This document shows positions 16,831 to 30,592 of a stretch of 64,000 nt of DNA, piece by piece; within the stretch, counting starts at the first letter, position 1; every line of letters begins with the position of its first letter. Under the pieces are notes generated by a model. It ran no database searches, was not told the DNA's origin, and saw only the letters and a program-made list of their open reading frames with translations. Source of the stretch: the human T2T-CHM13v2.0 reference genome, Homo sapiens. The stretch is from assembly GCF_009914755.1 (NCBI RefSeq), contig NC_060928.1, one strand, 5' to 3'. Made by a program: the position numbers and the translations under genes.

Positions 16831-17184
16831 TGCTATGGTTTGAATGTGTCCCACAAATTTTATGTGTTTGAAACTTAATCCCCAAATTCATATGTTGATG
16901 ATATTTGGAGGTGGGGCCTTTGGGAGGTATTTAGAATTAGATAAGGTCATCAGGGTGGGGCTCCCACATGGGACTGGCAGCTTTATAAGAGGAGGAAGAA
17001 TGACCTAGGCTAACATGTTCTTGTCCTCTTGTTATGTGATTCCCTGTATCATGTTATGTCACAGCAGGAAGGCCCTGACAAGATGCCAACACCATGCTCC
17101 TGGACATAGCCTCCAGAACTGTAAAAAATAAATTTGTTTCTTTTATAAATTACCAGTCTCAAGTATTCTGTACAAAATAAGACA
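16831..17184 (+). mobile_element. MST (MSTC/D-like) MaLR solo LTR
   Basis: TGCTATGGTTTGAATGTGTCCC start; GCCTCCAGAACTGT...AATAAATTTGTTTCTTTTATAAATTACCAGTCTCAAGTATTCTG end. Confidence 0.88.
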
Positions 17185-19062
17185 ACAAGTTTATACTCCA
17201 CATAGGAAAAGAACACAAACATGTTTTGCATTTGTTTGCCATTTCTTTGAAAAGATGTAGGACCAACTGATTTTGATAAAAGAAATCCTAGTCAATGCTA
17301 AAGAAAGGTTTTCATGAACTGTCTGAATTTGAAATCAAAGGTCTACAGGAGATAGGGCTATTACACATATTGAAGGGTAACTTCAACAGTTAGGAGATGC
17401 AAAATTTCTTTCCTTAAGTGGGTAGCACATTTAGCACATTTGATTTGGTGTTTTTGTTTGTTTGTTTTTAACATGGCCATAACCATTTGACTATATTAAA
17501 TTCCACCCTAGAAATTCAATTCAACATAGAAATTTGAGCAATATTCTATAGTTAGATTTCTAAGCCCTGATTATATTTGGAGCATTGTCTACAGTTTAGA
17601 TGCTCCCTCCAAAAATTCCTACTGCTGTTCAGGGAGAATATTTATGAACGTCTAAGTTCAAATGCATTATCCTTATTTCTCATTAATTGGCCTTTCTACA
17701 CATAGCTCCAGAAAATTCTGATCTGTACAATGCATTAGCACCAAAATTTTATCACCATGGTTTCTTCTGTCATGCAGTCTAAATCATTCATAGTCATTTT
17801 GATTATTATTAATTTGAGATAAAACTGGGATAATTAGAATAGTTACAATATTTTCTTACACAGATAATAAGAACCACTGAAATTCAATGGCATCAGGAAA
17901 AATATCATAAGCTTCATTAATAGATGCAGTTCTGCCATTATTTTTGTTGATGTATTTTAAATGTGTTTTGAAGGAATGATGTTCTTAAATATCGTTGGTA
18001 TTTGTACGTGCTGCAATGAAAACCATTTCATTTTTCATGGGTGACTATCTGAAAATTGATCATGTACATTCTCAGAGTGCCTAAGGCCATTTGTTTTCCT
18101 ATTTTCTTTCTACATAAGGTTTAGAAACCTTGGTAAATTAGCATCATCATTAAATTGTGTCTCATCACAAATGGAATCCTTAGTATTAGTGTGTTAGCCA
18201 TTGATCCTTAAGTTAAGCTGTATTTGCATTTTCAAAAAACAGAGTTAAACTATTATTTTGCCATTTTAAGCTTTCAACCAGGAATGTAAAACTATGTGGA
18301 AAAAAACTCTTTTTATGGTGTTCTTGCCACTGAAATCTCAATTTCAACAGACTGGTATTTATTTCAAAATATTTTCCTGCAACATGGTTCAGAGAATTAT
18401 CATGATAATATGATGTTGAATCCATATATCTTACTCTAAACTTTATCTATTAAAATTTTATTTTAAACTTACAAAAGGGAGAAAAGAAAAGAGAGGGGTG
18501 AAGATTGAGAGAAACAGAAAACATAAAAAGATAATGCTAAATCAAAGAATTTTCATATAATTTTAAATTAATATGGGAAATGAAAATGACAGTGATATTT
18601 AAAGAAAATTGCAACTGGAGATAATGTACATGATAACCTACTTACGATTCCTTTGTTTCTACAAATCTTTTTTTAGAAGCTTACAGAAGATCATGTAAGA
18701 AAAACGTTCTCTTTTTTTTATCACATGGAATATTTTCTGTGCTTTAAACTATCTCATTTACTTCATCAATCTTCATCTAAGGGAAAATTCTAAGTGTAAT
18801 GTGTCATAGAATTTAAAATAATACTTTAAAAAGTGAAAGTATTTTTGACATGTGATGAAACAAAACATATGAGATTAAAGATAACATTTCAAAATATTAT
18901 TACTACCATAGATATATAGAATTTGAACATAATAGAAAATCAGTATAGGAATAATGAAATTAGGATCTGGTTGAATCCTTTCACACTGAAAAATCCCTGA
19001 AAGTGTTACATATGAACTTTCTTCTTTAGTTAGTAAACATTTATATAATAAATTATGGTTTT

Positions 19063-19385
<323 letters not shown>

Positions 19386-19999
19386 TTATGTTTATACAGT
19401 AGAGAAAGAGTTGGAACTATACTGAAGGAAAGGTAAAGTTAGATAGTTGTTCCATGATCCTAGAATTAGTTTCTTTTGGTCATTCTTTTTGTTTTGTTTG
19501 TTTCTTAGTGTGGCTACACCTTATTATGAAGCATTCACTATTAGATGCTTTATATGCAGTATGAAAAAAGCGGGAAATCAAAAAATACATACACTACGTT
19601 ATCCACATAGAGATATTTTTGATATATTTCATATCCATCAGAAGACAATGTTGTGGACAATTGTTGATTCATCAGACAGCTTACTTCAAAAGATTTAGAA
19701 GGAAGGGGAACTGATACAGCCTCTTGGAGGACAACCTGTATCCGACTCATGACTGGCAATAAAAACTGGTAGTTAAACTTAGGACAAAATAGATTGCCTT
19801 CAACATTTCTTAGTTTGAGTAGAAATAACTGGATGTAAAAAACTGACTTCTGATTAATTAAAGGCAAAAATGAAAGGTAAAACTACCAAATTAGTAGAAG
19901 AAACTTTAGAATATCTTTGTGACCTGGAGTGGAGAAGAACTTCAAAAATTAAATTTCAGAAATAAATAATAAGGCATTATAAAAAAAAGTTTAAATCAA

Positions 20000-20130
20000 A
20001 ATATGGGAAATGAAAATGACAGAGATATTTAAAGAAAATTGCTACTGGAGATAATGTACATGTTAATCTACTTATGATTCCTTTGTGTCTACAAATTTTT
20101 TAGAAGCTTACAGAAGATTATGTAAGAAAA
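20000..20130 (+). repeat. Dispersed direct duplicate of 18570-18703
   Basis: About 131 bp, 7 substitutions plus one small indel by eye. Confidence 0.92.
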
Positions 20131-20610
20131 GATTTTATATTCAACACAGTATAGCATAGACTAATTTATTTGGCAGACGATCAACTGGGGATAATATTTG
20201 CAATGTCTAAAACAGAATATTTGTGTTGCTTCTACAAATTAAACTGAAAATTTCAACTGTCAGAAAAATTGGCAAATGTTATGAATAGCTAATTTATGGA
20301 AAAGGAAATCCTGAAGGCTAACATGCAGATGAATAAATGCTCAAATTAATTGTAAATTTCATCTATAATGAAATTTTACTTTTGTGTATTAGACACAAAA
20401 TAGAGAGCTGGGTAATGCCAAGTATTGGTGAAAATACTAGAATATAGGAAGTCACGTGATGCTGGTAAGAGTGCGGATTGCTGCAGCCATTCTGCAGAAC
20501 TATAAAACACAATTCACATGTAGTATTTACATATTTTATGGCACAGAAGTCTACTCTTGGGTATATATCCCAAGAAATGATCACATAGGGCCATAAAAGG
20601 CACATACCAG

Positions 20611-21553
20611 TAATAAAGACGGGGCAGAGAAATTCTAGTCAGACAGAGTGGGTCCCTGGCAAAGCCCCACCCCAAGCCAAAAAGCCTGACACCACTGCCC
20701 AAAGTGAAAACTTATCATCCCTGTTTTCCTGATCAAATGTTGTCTTTTCCAAAACCACTTATGGCCCTGCCCCTCCTTCCATCCTGTGACTATACAAACT
20801 CCAGACTCAGCCGGCAGAGACAGGAGAGGCAGCTGAACGTCGGAAACTATGGCTGGAAGTCGGAGAGAAGCAACTTGACTTCAGAGGGACAGATTGATGG
20901 CGTAATTTCGGAGAAGAATCCAGCTGGAGATGGCCGGACTTCAGAGGAAGACTACCTTCTTGTCCCATTTTCTTTTCAGCTCCCATTCTCGCTGAGAGCC
21001 ACTTTCATTGGCAATAACATCTCCTGCACTTACCATCCTTCAATTCATTAGTGTAACCTCATTTCTCCTGGACACCGGACAAGAGCTCAGGAGCCACGGC
21101 TGTGGATACAAAAGGCTATCACATTGGCCTTTTACACTTGCTGGAGGAAGACAGTCGCCTCACACGAAAAGGCAGAGGGTCCACTGAGCTGTTAACACTT
21201 AAGTCATCTGTGGACACCAGAGCTAAAAGAGCACTGTAACACCACCTCTGGGGCTTCAGGGGTTACAGGCACTCCCCTAGACGCTTCCATGGGGCCCAAA
21301 AGGAGTTTGCTCCTTCTGGTGCCCAAAAGCGCTTGCCCTGGCTCCTGCACCCGCTCACCTGCACACTTCCTCCAGCAAGGGGTAGAATGCAGTGGGTCCG
21401 AAGCAGCTGGCTGATTCCTGCATTCATGCACTCCAGTTCCTGCCTTGTTCACTTGCATGCTCCGTCCTTTGAAGAGTTGAAAGCTGCAGGCTGGGTAAAC
21501 AAGGCACCCTTGTTGCAATTCTAACGAAGGGGTCAGGGAAATATCCTGCTTCA
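20611..21553 (+). mobile_element. ERV1 solo LTR, LTR1/LTR28 family
   Basis: GGAGAGAAGCAACTTGACTTCAGAGGGAC, GCTGAGAGCCACTTTCATTGGCAATAA and terminal GGGGTCAGGGAAATATCCTGCTTCA; 4-bp TSD-like CCAG/CTAG. Confidence 0.88.
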
Positions 21554-22015
21554 CTAGGATGCACATTTTATCATTGTGATGGCGACACAACCAATGTGGC
21601 CATCCGTGGGAGAGAGGTGAGATAAAATGTGAGAGTGAAAAGTTTGAAGTTTTTAATAGATGTACACATGGCTCCAATTATTACTATGAAAACATTTTTG
21701 TTTATTCAAAGTAGCAAATAGCAATGTGATACATAACTAATTCAATTTACATAAATAAATATATATTTGTACCAAACAACATTGTCTGGTTTCTATAGAC
21801 ATAAAACAAATATTATGTGGCAACAGATGAGATTAGTTGGGTTTATCTATTGGTGTGAGTTTTTGAACGTATTTCTATTAGCTGAAATAATGTTCCTGCC
21901 TCCTAATCTGATTTAAACCTCCAACTTCTTTGATAACAATACATATAAAGGTTTGTTTCTAATAGCAGCATATTCTTTCTATTCTGTCACATTTTATAAT
22001 TTCTTTCATAACTAA

Positions 22016-22280
<265 letters not shown>

Positions 22281-22708
22281 CCATGGTATACTGGACATTG
22301 TGGAAGATATATTGTAGAGGCTGGATTTTGTTATCCTCCTCTGAAAAGTATTAATTTTTGTTGTAAGAGGCAATTACCTTCAGTGGGCTCATATTCTAAA
22401 CTGTCTCTCCATGATGGGGGCAGCAGCCAAAATCTCCATTGAATTCTTTCAGCCAGTCAGCTGAAACAACAGGCCTCTGGTGAAAAGCTTTGTAGAGTAT
22501 GCCTAATTCATACATCAGCCAAATATTTGGATAGAAATTTGTACTCAGTTATTTGGGGTCACCGTCTCAGAGCGCTTTCATTTCTAATACATTTTTACTC
22601 ACATGCTAGCTACCCAGGCAACAGTAACCTTCATTCATTGTCTCCAAATCAATAATACTGTGGCTTTTTTCTTGAGTTCCAGCTAATATTAGAAAAAATA
22701 TTTAGTCC
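22281..22708 (-). mobile_element. Ancient L1M 5'/ORF1-region fragment
   Basis: CTGGACATTGTG...ATTGTAGAGGCTGGATTTTGTTATCCTCCTCTGAAAAGT is typical of antisense L1MD/ME 5' ends. Confidence 0.5.
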
Positions 22709-23520
22709 TGATTTTACAATTTCTTTTTTAAATTAATGAATTAATTAAGTTTGTTCTCATAAGTTATTTGGGGTTTGGTTTAAATGGGGTAGCATTTGGT
22801 TACATGAGTAAGTTCTTTAGTGGTGATTTGTGAGATTTTGGTGCACTCATCACCTGAGCAGTATACACTGCACCATATTTGTAGTCTTTTATCCCTCGCC
22901 CCTCTTCCACTCTTCCCCGCAAGTCCCCAAATCCATTGTATCATTCTTATGCCTTTGCATCCTCATAGCTTTGTTCCCACATATCAGTGAGAACACATGA
23001 TGTTTGGTTTTCCATTCCTGAGCTAATTCACTTAGAATTATAGTCTCCAATCTCATCCTGGTCACTGAAAATGCTGTTAATTAATTCCTTTTTATTACTC
23101 CATAGTATTCCATCATACATATATACCACAGTTTCTTTATCCACTCATTGTATGATGGGCACGTGGGTTGGTTCCATGATTTTGCTATTGTGAATTGTGC
23201 CACCGTAAACATGCATGTGCAAGTATTTTTTTGAATAATGATTTCTTTTCCTTTGGGTAGATACCCAGTAGTAGAGTTGCTGGATCAAACGGTAGTTCTA
23301 CTTTTAGCATCAATGATTTTGGTCTTTAGTTTTCTTTTTTAGTTATGTCCTTTCCTGGTTTTGGTATTAGGGTGATGCTGGCTTTATAAAATGAATTAGG
23401 GAGGGTTCCTTCTTTCTCTCTCTTGTGAAATAGTGTCAGATGGATTGGTACCAATTCTTTGAATATCTGGTAGAATTCTGCTGTTAATCCATATGATCCT
23501 GGACTTTTTTTTGTTGGTAA

Positions 23521-23824
23521 TTTTTTTTTTTTTTTTTTTTTTGAGGCAGAGTCTCGCTCTGTAGCCCAGGCTGGAGTGCAGTGGTGCAATCTTGGCTCAC
23601 TGCAACCTCCGCCTCCTGGGTTCAAGTGATTCTCCTGCCTCAGCCTCCTGAGTAGCTGGGACTACAGGCGCCCACCACCACCTCTGGCAAATTTTTTTGT
23701 ATTTTTAATAGAGACGGGGTTTCACCATGTTAGCCAGGATGGTCTTGATCTTCTGACCTCATGATCTGCCTGCCTCAGCCTCTCAGAGTGCTGGGATTAC
23801 AGGCGTGAGCCACTGCGCCCGGCC
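23521..23824 (-). mobile_element. AluS (Sc-like) nested in L1PB ORF2
   Basis: Full antisense dimer ending GCGCCCGGCC; TSD (G/A)GTAATTTTT. Confidence 0.95.
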
Positions 23825-24885
23825 AGTAATTTTTAAATTAGCATTTCAATCTCGCTGCTTGTTATTGATGTGTTCAGGGTATCTAATTTTTCCTGAGTTA
23901 TGCTAGAAGGGTTTTTTTTTTCCAGGAATTTATACATCTTTTCTAGGTTTTCTAGTTTATGTGTGTAAAGGTGTTCATAGCAGCTGTGAATGATCTTTTG
24001 TATTTCAGTGGTGTCAGCTGTAATATCTCCTATTTGATTTCACAGTGAGATTATTTGGATTTTCTCTCTTCTTTTCTTGGTTAATCTTGCTAATGGTCTA
24101 TCAATTTTATTTATCTTTTCAAAGAAGCAGCATTTTGTTTCATTTATCTTTTGTATTTTTTGTTTGTTTATTTGTTTCTATTTCATTTAGCTCTGCTCTG
24201 ATCTTGGTTATTTCCTTTCTTCTGCTGGGTTTGGGTTTGGCTTGTTCTTGTTTCTCTAGTTCCTTAAGGTGTGACCTTAGAATGTCAGTTTGTGCCCTTT
24301 TGGTCTTTTTGATGTAGGCACTAAGGGTTATGAACTTTCCTCTTAGTACTGCCTTTGCTGTATCCCAGAGGTTTTGATAGGTTGTGTCATTATTGTCATT
24401 CAGTTCGATTTAATTTCCATCTTGATTTTGTTTTTGGCCTGTTGCTCATTCAGGAGCAGGTTATGTAATTTCCATGTATTTGCATGGTTCTGAAGGTTTC
24501 CTACGGAGTTGATTTTCCAGTTTTATTCCACTGTGGTCTCAGAGAGTGCTTGATATAATTTCAATTTTCTTAAATTTATTGAGGCTCATTTTATGGCCTA
24601 TAATATGGCCTATCTTGGAGAAAGTTTCATGTGCTGTTGAATAGAATGTGTATTCTGTGGTTGTTGGATGAAATGTTCTCTACATACCTGTTAAGTCCAT
24701 TTATTCCAAGGTATAGTTTAAATCCATTGTTTCTTTATTGACTTTCTGTCTTGATGGCCTGTCTAGCGCTGTCAGTGGAGTATTGAAGTCCCGCACTATT
24801 ATTGTGTTGCTATCTCATTTCTTAAGTCTTTCAGTAATTGTTTTATAAATTTGGGAGCTCCAATGTTAGGTGTGTATATATTTAG

Positions 24886-25519
<634 letters not shown>

Positions 25520-25599
25520 CATTGTGCTTTTTGTTGCCGTGTACTTTTGTCTTTTGTTTTTGCTTTTTAACATGTAATTTTGTTTTATAGTCTTTTGTG

Positions 25600-26531
25600 G
25601 TTTATGCTTTAAAGAGGTTCTATTTTGATATGTTTCCAGGATTTGTTTCAAGATTTAGAGCTCCTTTTAGCAGTTCTTGTAGTGGTGGCTTGGTAATGGC
25701 AAATTCTCTCAGCATTTGTTTGTCTGAAAACGACTGTATCTTTCCTTCACATATGATGTTTAGTTTCGCTGGATACAAAATTCTTGGGTGATAATTGTTT
25801 CATTGGAGGAGGCTGAAGATAGGGCCCCAATCTCTTCTAGCTTGCAGGGTTTCTTCTGAGAAATCTGCTGTTAATCTGATAGGTTTTCCTTTATAGGTTA
25901 CTTGGTGCTTCTGTCTCACAGCTCTTAAAATTCTTTCCTTCGTCCCAACTTTGGATAACCTGATGACAATGTGCCTAGGTGCAGAACTTATTGTGATGAA
26001 TTTCCCAGGTGTTCTTTGTGCTTCTTGTATTTGGATGTCTAGGTCTCTAGCAAGGTTGGGGGAGTTTTCCTCAATTCTTCCCCAGAATATGTTTTCCAAG
26101 CTTTTAGAATTCTCTTCTTCCTCAGGAACACCAACTATTCTTAAGTTTTGTCATTTAACACAATCCCAGACTTCCTGGAGACTCTGTTCATATCTCCTTA
26201 TTCTTTTTTCTTTGTCTTTGTTGGATTGGGTTAACTTGAAGACCTTGTCTTCAAACTCTGAATTTCTTTCTTCTGCTTGTTCAATTCTATTGCTGAGATT
26301 TTCCAGAGCATTTCTCATTTCTAAAAGTGTGTCCAAAGTTCCCTGAATTTTTTGTTTTTTCTTTAAGCTATCTGTTTCCTTGAATATTTCTCCCTTCACT
26401 TCTTCCATCATTTTTTGGATTTCCTTGCACTGGGCTTTGCCTTTCTCTGGTCCCTCCCTGATTAGCTTAATAACTAACCTCCTGACTTCTTTTTCAGTTA
26501 AATCAGGGATTTCTTCTTGGCTTGGATCCAT
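25600..26531 (-). pseudogene. L1 ORF1p remnant (disrupted)
   Basis: Peptides NRIEQAEERNSEFEDK...YEQSLQEVWDCVK and PNLARDLDIQIQEAQRTP...RHIVIRLSK...YKGKPIRLTADFS. Confidence 0.92.
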
Positions 26532-28799
26532 TGCTGGTGATCTAGTGTGATTTTTGGGGTTGTTGAAGAACTTTGTTGTGTCATATTACCAGGGTTGGTT
26601 TTCTGGTTCCGTCTCATTTGGGTAGGCTCTGTCAGAGGGAAGTTCTAGGGGTGAAGGCTCTTGTTCAGATTCTTTCATCCCACGGGCTGTTCCCTTGATG
26701 TAGTACTCTTCCTCTTTCCCTATGGATGTGGCTTCCTGTGAGCCAAACTGCACTGATTATTGTCTTTCTTCTGGGTCTAGCCACTCAGCAAGTCTACCCA
26801 GCTCTGGGCTAGTACTGGGAATTGTCTGCACAGAGTCTTGTGATATGAATGGTCTATGGGTCTCTCAGCTGTGGATACCAGCACCTGTTCCAGTGGAGGT
26901 AGCAGGGGGTGGGTGCAATGGACTCTGTGAGAGTTTTTAGGTTTGGCGGTTTAATGCTCTATTTTTGTGTGTGCTGGTTTGCCTCCTACCAGGAGGTGGA
27001 GCTTTCCAGAAAGCATTGGCTGTAGTAGTACAGAGAGGGACCAGCAGTGGGTGGGGCCCAGAACTCCCAAGATTGTATGCCTTTTGTCTTCTGCTACCAT
27101 GGTGGATAGGGAAGGACCATCAGGTGGGGATGGGCTATGTGTCTGAGTTCAGACTCTCCTTGGGCGGGTCTTGCTGCTGCTGCTGCTGTGGGGGATGGAG
27201 TGAGATTCCCAGGTCACTGGAGTTGTGTATCTAGGAGGATTATGGCAGCCTCTGCTGAGTCATGTAGGTTGTCAGGGAAGTGGGGGAAAGTCGGCAGTCA
27301 CAGGCCTCACACAGCTCCCACAGAAAATGAAGGGCCAGTCTCTCACAGAGCTTCCACACAAAATGAAGTGCCAGTCTCACTCCCACCATGACACCCTCAA
27401 CAGCCCCTAGTCTGTTTCCAGGTGGAGGGTGTGATGGGGTTGAAAACTTGCCCTGGGCTACCCGCCTCCCAGCTGTGAGAGAAAAGGGCTTGTTTCTTCC
27501 CCGGCCTGTGGAGACTGCACACCAGATCTGCCCCCCTCCCTGGAGTTCTGGCCGGGAGGCTTCTTACCCCATTCAAATTGTTACAAAATTCAGCTAGAGA
27601 TTTCTTTATCCCTGTAGAGTTTTGCCCCTGCTCCTCTGGTCAGCCACCCAATGGATCCCTGTGGTGCCAGGCAGGAATGGCCTGCTAGGGGACACAGCGA
27701 GCTCCCAGGGCCCTTCAGCTGCTTCCTCTATTCCTGTATTTCACTCGGCTCTCTTATTTGGCTCAGGTCCAAGTAAGGTCAGAAACTTCTCCCACAAACA
27801 ACTTCAGCTTCTCCAGTTGGGTTGTGTGTTCTGGAGAGGAGGGTCTGCCTTTCCCACTTCCACAATTGGGGCACACACAGTATTTGGAGTGTGTTCTGGG
27901 TCCTGCAGGAGCAGTCCACTTCCTTCAGAGGGTCTGTGGGTCCTCTCGGGATTGCTGGTTTGTTCTTGCAGTCCACCTGGAGCTAAAATTCACAGTGCAA
28001 GCTACTGCATGCTGCTCTGTCTGGAGCTGCAGTCTAGTCCTGCCTCCCATCTGCCATGATGATTGATTTTACAATTTCTATTTATGGAAAGATCATTCCA
28101 ATACAAACTACTCTGTCATTTGTGGCATAATACAGTATTTAATAGATAAATTAATTAATGTGAATATGAAGAAAAATTTCCAGAAAGTATTAAAAATAAT
28201 TTTTCTCCTCAGGGATATATTTATCATAACTCCCCAAAATTTTCTACATCATGAAAAATTTTATTTTGTAATATTAAACACTGTGATAAGAATCTAAAGA
28301 GGTAAAATCTGAAAATAAATTATTAAATAATATGCATAAAATCTATACTCGAATCTTAAACTGGCAAGATCCCTTTTAATATGGCTCATGTCTTATTTTA
28401 ACCTCAAATTCAGTTTTACACTCTACACTCCATCCACATGGACCAAATTGCTTTGTGTATTCCCCAAAGGCACCAAACTTCCTATTCTTCAAAGGTATTA
28501 TAACTTATCTAACTTCCCCTATTTATGTGCAGAAGCACACATAAGTTTGCCTTTTGAAACCCCAAGAAAGTTCAAAGAAATAAATGTAATTAGTCTTCAA
28601 TTCACTTATCAAACTTATTTTGTTTTTCAGCATTCTCCTGAAATTTCACATCTTATGGAAGGCTGTCCTAATATTTTCAGACAATATTAATGTTCCCATA
28701 TTACTCATTTTTCGTCTGTCAAGTTAGCACACTTACAAGTTTATTATAATCATTTTCATTATCTTCAAAATGCAGCAAAGATTTCTCATTCAGTAATTT

Positions 28800-28880
28800 A
28801 GCCTCAGCAAACTTTACAAATGCTCAATAAATATTTATTGAGAGAATGAATAGATAAGTGAATGGATAAATAAATAAATG
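28800..28880 (+). mobile_element. L2 3' terminus
   Basis: TGCTCAATAAATATTTATTGAGAGAATGAAT. Confidence 0.65.
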
Positions 28881-29999
28881 GCATTTTATATCTCTCCAAG
28901 AAAAACTCCTCTAGAAAGAGGGGTTATGTGGGAATTGTGGAGACAGTAGAAATATTTAGGAGTAATAAAACATTCCTAAAATTATGCTGTCTAGGTAGGC
29001 ACTTCCTAACCTCACCAAAGATTACTCTAGTTTGAAAGACAGTATAGAAAAAGAAATAATCATTTATGCACTAGTTACAAGATACAATGAACTAATTATT
29101 TGATTTGATGATTCAAACATTTAAAAATACTAATCCAATGGGATAAAAGTTTTAAATGGTCTTTCATGGACCTAGAAATCTATAATAATTATTTAAAAAG
29201 TGATATGTGTCTCACTAAGGTTTCTGAGCCATTATATCATCAATTCTCCAATATTAAAGATACTTGAATCTGAGAAACAAAGGACAAAGGACCTTTGAAG
29301 AACTAAATGAGGGATAGGAAATAGATTAACATGAATGAAACAGATGATTTTTTTTCAAAGTAAATTTATTTTCACTACACGTAATTTATAATTCAAACTG
29401 ATTTTCAAAAGACGTTAATGGCACCACAGAAGTAATATTAGAATTGAGTTAACACATAATAAACAGTGCTGCCTGATGTACATGATTTTGAAATTGATTT
29501 ACTCAAATTCTAGAAAGATTAGAGTAAATATATACTCTATATTGTAGTGCTTTTCTTATGAAATTATGTTTTATACCAGAATTTAAAAAATAAAAAACAA
29601 TTTGAATTGACTTTATAAGGGCCATTTTATGTAATTTATCTGAGCTTAGACGTAAAGTGGAAACCAGGGGTGACAAAATTAAAAAGCTGAAGCTTTCAAA
29701 ATGAAAAAGTTTCATTTTTAATATTTGTTAAAAGTTGAAACATGATGTTTTATAGCCACCACTCATATTACATTATTGCTTACTTTACACTTGACCAACA
29801 CACATTAACATAATTATTGAAGGTCTACAAACTGAAATATCCTAGATATCTTAAGTAATGGATATTGTTTTAATTTGATAATATAGAGAAAATATTCATT
29901 ACATTTATTCCAAAGGAAATTAATGAAAATTATGGCATTTTAGATAATTACATTAGATCTATAACAATTTCTAAGAAGGAATTCAATTCAAAATATCTT

Positions 30000-30592
30000 A
30001 GTATGAGTTATCTGTTGCTGTATGACAGTTGCTACAAAGTTAGCAGCTTAAGACAACACTCATTTATTTTCTCAATGTCCGCTAGGGCAGAAGGCAGGGC
30101 AGACTCAACTGGGGGATCTCTGTTACTGGTCTCACATTGCTGATATCAGAGTGTTGGCAGGATGGACTCTGCTCTGGAGGCTCTAAGAAAGAATCCCTTT
30201 TCAGAGTCATCTAAGTTATTGGCAGAATTCAGCTCTATGACTTATAGGAGTAAAGTTCTTCTTTTCTTACTTACTGTCTGCCAGGGTATGCTCTTAGCTC
30301 GTAGAGGCCACTCTCCAGTCCTTGCTTATGGTTCTCACTATCAGATGTCAAGAATAGCATTGTCAATCTCAGGCTTCCAATTTCTCTGACTTTTCCTTTT
30401 CCAACTAGATGGAGAAAACTCTGTTTTTAAGTATTCATGCAATTTAATTAAGTCCGCTTGATAATCCAAAATAATTTCCTTATTTTAAAGTAAAAATGTA
30501 ACATATTCACAAGACATAAAATATTATACTCACAGTTCCTAGTGTTATGCTGGGAAATCTTAGGGGTCTACTCCTACAGTCTTGTCTATGAT
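30000..30592 (-). mobile_element. MLT1E-like MaLR LTR
   Basis: GCAGCTTAAGACAACACTCATTTATT, TGGAGGCTCTAAGAAAGAATCC, TTGGCAGAATTCAG, AGAGGCCACTCTC. Confidence 0.8.

Larger units (their letters stand above)
19690..21850 (+). mobile_element. Ancient L1ME-type 3' region, interrupted by a local duplication (20000-20130) and a solo LTR
   Basis: AATGCCAAGTATTGGTGA, GCAGCCATTCTG, CTACTCTTGGGTATATATCCCAAGAAA. Confidence 0.7.

Noticed and set aside
17249-18000. Short protein-looking frames after AG sites (e.g. MLKKGFHELSEFEIKGLQEIG)
   Set aside because: No convincing donor sites, no recognisable homology, lengths within chance expectation
20704-21677. 115-aa and 157-aa ORFs
   Set aside because: Lie in a GC-rich solo LTR where stops are rare
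26722-28066. Cluster of overlapping + strand ORFs
   Set aside because: Antisense to the GC-rich L1PB 5' UTR; no evidence of coding
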